Assembly (NCBI GenBank): GCA_963668175.1
Contig: OY764159.1
Span: 864,001 to 928,000 of the forward strand
Length of the DNA stretch: 64,000 nucleotides
Source: Syntrophales bacterium
GTDB taxonomy: Bacteria > Desulfobacterota > Syntrophia > Syntrophales > PHBD01
Reading direction: 5' to 3'
Part shown: positions 62,355-64,000 of the stretch, piece after piece
Position numbering within the stretch: position 1 is the stretch's first letter
How the letters are laid out: every line of letters starts with the position of its first letter
Position numbers and translations under genes: made by a program
The notes under the pieces: generated by a model
Databases searched by the model: none
Seen by the model: only the letters and a program-made list of their open reading frames with translations
What the model was told of the DNA's origin: nothing

Positions 62355-63470
62355 TCAGTCCCGACCCTCCGGCAGGAATATCCGGCGCGCGATCTTTCCG
62401 GCAAGCGTCTCTTTTGTGTGCAGGGCCCCGTGGGGACAGACTTCGATACAGCAATAACAGCGGATGCAGCGGTCGTAATCGAAGAGGAGAGCGCCGCCGC
62501 CGGGCGTTACAGCATCGGCGGGACACATGTCCCAACACTTACCGCACATCCGGCAGAGAGGCGCGTCGACGACGGGCCTCTGAAGCAAATGGCGGCGGAG
62601 AAAGCCATGGGCCTGCCTGGGACCGAACATGGGCGAGGCCATGGCGGGGAGTTGAAAGTCGCGAATAACGGGCAGCATACCGTCGATCTCCGGTGGGGTT
62701 CCGATTAATCCCATCTGGTGCGCCGTCCGCATGGTCGGCATTTTCTCCGGTGCCAGCCCCAGCATCCGGCACACGGCGGCGTCAACGGAGAAGGCATCCG
62801 CCGAACCCATCAGGACCCCGATCTCCTTCGGCAGGCCCCTCTTTCCCGGGCCCTCGCCCTCCATGGCCAGGATACCGTCCAGGACCGTGAAGGCCGGTTC
62901 GATCTTCCGGCAGATCAGGACTAAAAGCCGGGCAAACATATCCCGGTCGATCCCGGCGCGCAGGTGCCACTCCGCTTTGCGGTTTCCCACGATGCAGCCG
63001 AACATGTTCTTGACGCCCAGAGTCATAAGCATCTGACTGTGGGTTTTCAGCTTGGGCAGATTGATGATCCAGTCGGCCCGGACGGCTTCTGCGGCCGCGT
63101 CGATAAGATCGAAGGGTTTGCCGACATCGAGTTTAACCGTATCGCGAAAGGCATGGCAACGGACGTCCATGTTATTGAGAGCTTCGGCAACGCCGCCCTC
63201 TTTCAGAATATTTTCAAAGGAGCCCATGGCTGGACTGTCCGCAACCGTCGTCCGGGCGCCCCTGTCAATGACGTACTCAACGGCGGCCTTGATCACCAAG
63301 GGATGCGTCAGTATGGCCTGAGAGGGTGTCGCCGCGATAAGGAAATTGGGTTTGATAAGGACATGATGGCCTTTCCCGATCCTGCCTCCGCCGATGGCGT
63401 CCATGATCTCGAAAAAGACGGGCCGCAATGTTTCATAGGCATACGATGCGTGCCTGACGATGACTTTCAT
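62355..63470 (-). CDS. DUF362 domain protein with C-terminal 2x[4Fe-4S] ferredoxin domain
   Basis: VLIKPN, THP, INLPKLKTH..TLGVKN.FG and MEG.GP motifs; two CxxCxxCxxxCP motifs. Confidence 0.9.
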   Translation of the reverse strand: MKVIVRHASYAYETLRPVFFEIMDAIGGGRIGKGHHVLIKPNFLIAATPSQAILTHPLVIKAAVEYVIDRGARTTVADSPAMGSFENILKEGGVAEALNNMDVRCHAFRDTVKLDVGKPFDLIDAAAEAVRADWIINLPKLKTHSQMLMTLGVKNMFGCIVGNRKAEWHLRAGIDRDMFARLLVLICRKIEPAFTVLDGILAMEGEGPGKRGLPKEIGVLMGSADAFSVDAAVCRMLGLAPEKMPTMRTAHQMGLIGTPPEIDGMLPVIRDFQLPAMASPMFGPRQAHGFLRRHLLQRPVVDAPLCRMCGKCWDMCPADAVTPGGGALLFDYDRCIRCYCCIEVCPHGALHTKETLAGKIARRIFLPEGRD

Positions 63471-64000
63471 AGGCGGTCAAAGGCCTGAACGATGGTTTCT
63501 ACAAAGATTTCCCGGTGAAAAAGAAAGGCCCCGACATGGCCGCCCTCCAGCCAGCGCAGGCTGGAGCCGGGCCAATGCCGATGCAGTTTTGCGGCAGACT
63601 CCGGGGGGATGTACGCGTCGTTGCGGGCGGCGACAAGAACGGCCGCCGCAGGCGCCTGCGGCGGCGGGTAACGCCGGATATCCATGATGTTGAGCAGCTC
63701 CGTCATGAATTCCCTGGCCTCGTCCGGCCCTTCATGTTCATGATTCAGGGCATCCCAGGCGCAGTACCGGGAGAGTATCCCTTCGAGGAAGACGGCACTC
63801 GGCGAATGGGGCGCGATGCAGGGAGCGATAGCCACAGGTCCCGGCGACAACGCACCGACAAGGGCCGCCATATGCCCGCCCATGCTGATTCCGGAGACAC
63901 CCATCTTCGTATATCCTTCCCTACGTAGCCAGGCGAGAAGGGTGCTGCCTTCCGTCAGGGCGGCGCTTCCCATCAGGATGAGGTCGCTTACGCATCTCAG
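63467..64000 (-). CDS. Alpha/beta hydrolase (DUF2048/ABHD18-like), 5' end outside window
   Basis: GISMGG nucleophile elbow, ARNDAYIP (Asp) and GGHV (His); frame continues to the window edge. Confidence 0.75.
   Translation of the reverse strand: MRCVSDLILMGSAALTEGSTLLAWLRREGYTKMGVSGISMGGHMAALVGALSPGPVAIAPCIAPHSPSAVFLEGILSRYCAWDALNHEHEGPDEAREFMTELLNIMDIRRYPPPQAPAAAVLVAARNDAYIPPESAAKLHRHWPGSSLRWLEGGHVGAFLFHREIFVETIVQAFDRL

Overview
This is a mostly core-genome, fairly GC-rich window from an anaerobic deltaproteobacterium; the gene content resembles Syntrophales (Syntrophus/Smithella-like), which is an inference. From left to right it contains: rplS-rnhB-yraN; hcp with an Fnr/HcpR-type box; two CorC/HlyC genes, a half-length glmU, dusB, zapB-zapA-6S RNA-rny-ymdB-tyrS; a sigma54 two-component pair beside a sigma54 promoter that drives two small exported proteins; and a C26 hydrolase-ampG-L,D-transpeptidase operon. 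Next is an Rrf2-linked sulfur cluster (metY-cysK-metX-metW-iscS-iscU-cysE, mnmA-nadA-MOSC, minimal SufC/SufBD) and tRNA-fMet. An accessory block follows (Tat flavoprotein reductase, Isf, panE, CoA-transferase, class II photolyase), then a fabH-acp-phaC-fabG-fabD operon. The right end holds ispE-tRNA-Gln-prs-rplY-pth-hppA, dacZ-clpB-htpX and a ychF-like gene. Two candidates for undescribed biology stand out. (1) A PHA synthase sits in an operon with its own ACP, KAS III, ketoreductase and malonyl transacylase, suggesting ACP-fed polyester synthesis without a thiolase. (2) An unannotated Met/Cys-rich leader peptide with mutually exclusive antiterminator and terminator hairpins lies in front of the metY-cysK operon, suggesting ribosome-mediated Cys/Met attenuation. 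No CRISPR array, transposase or integrase was seen. All product calls come from motif recognition by eye; no database search was run.
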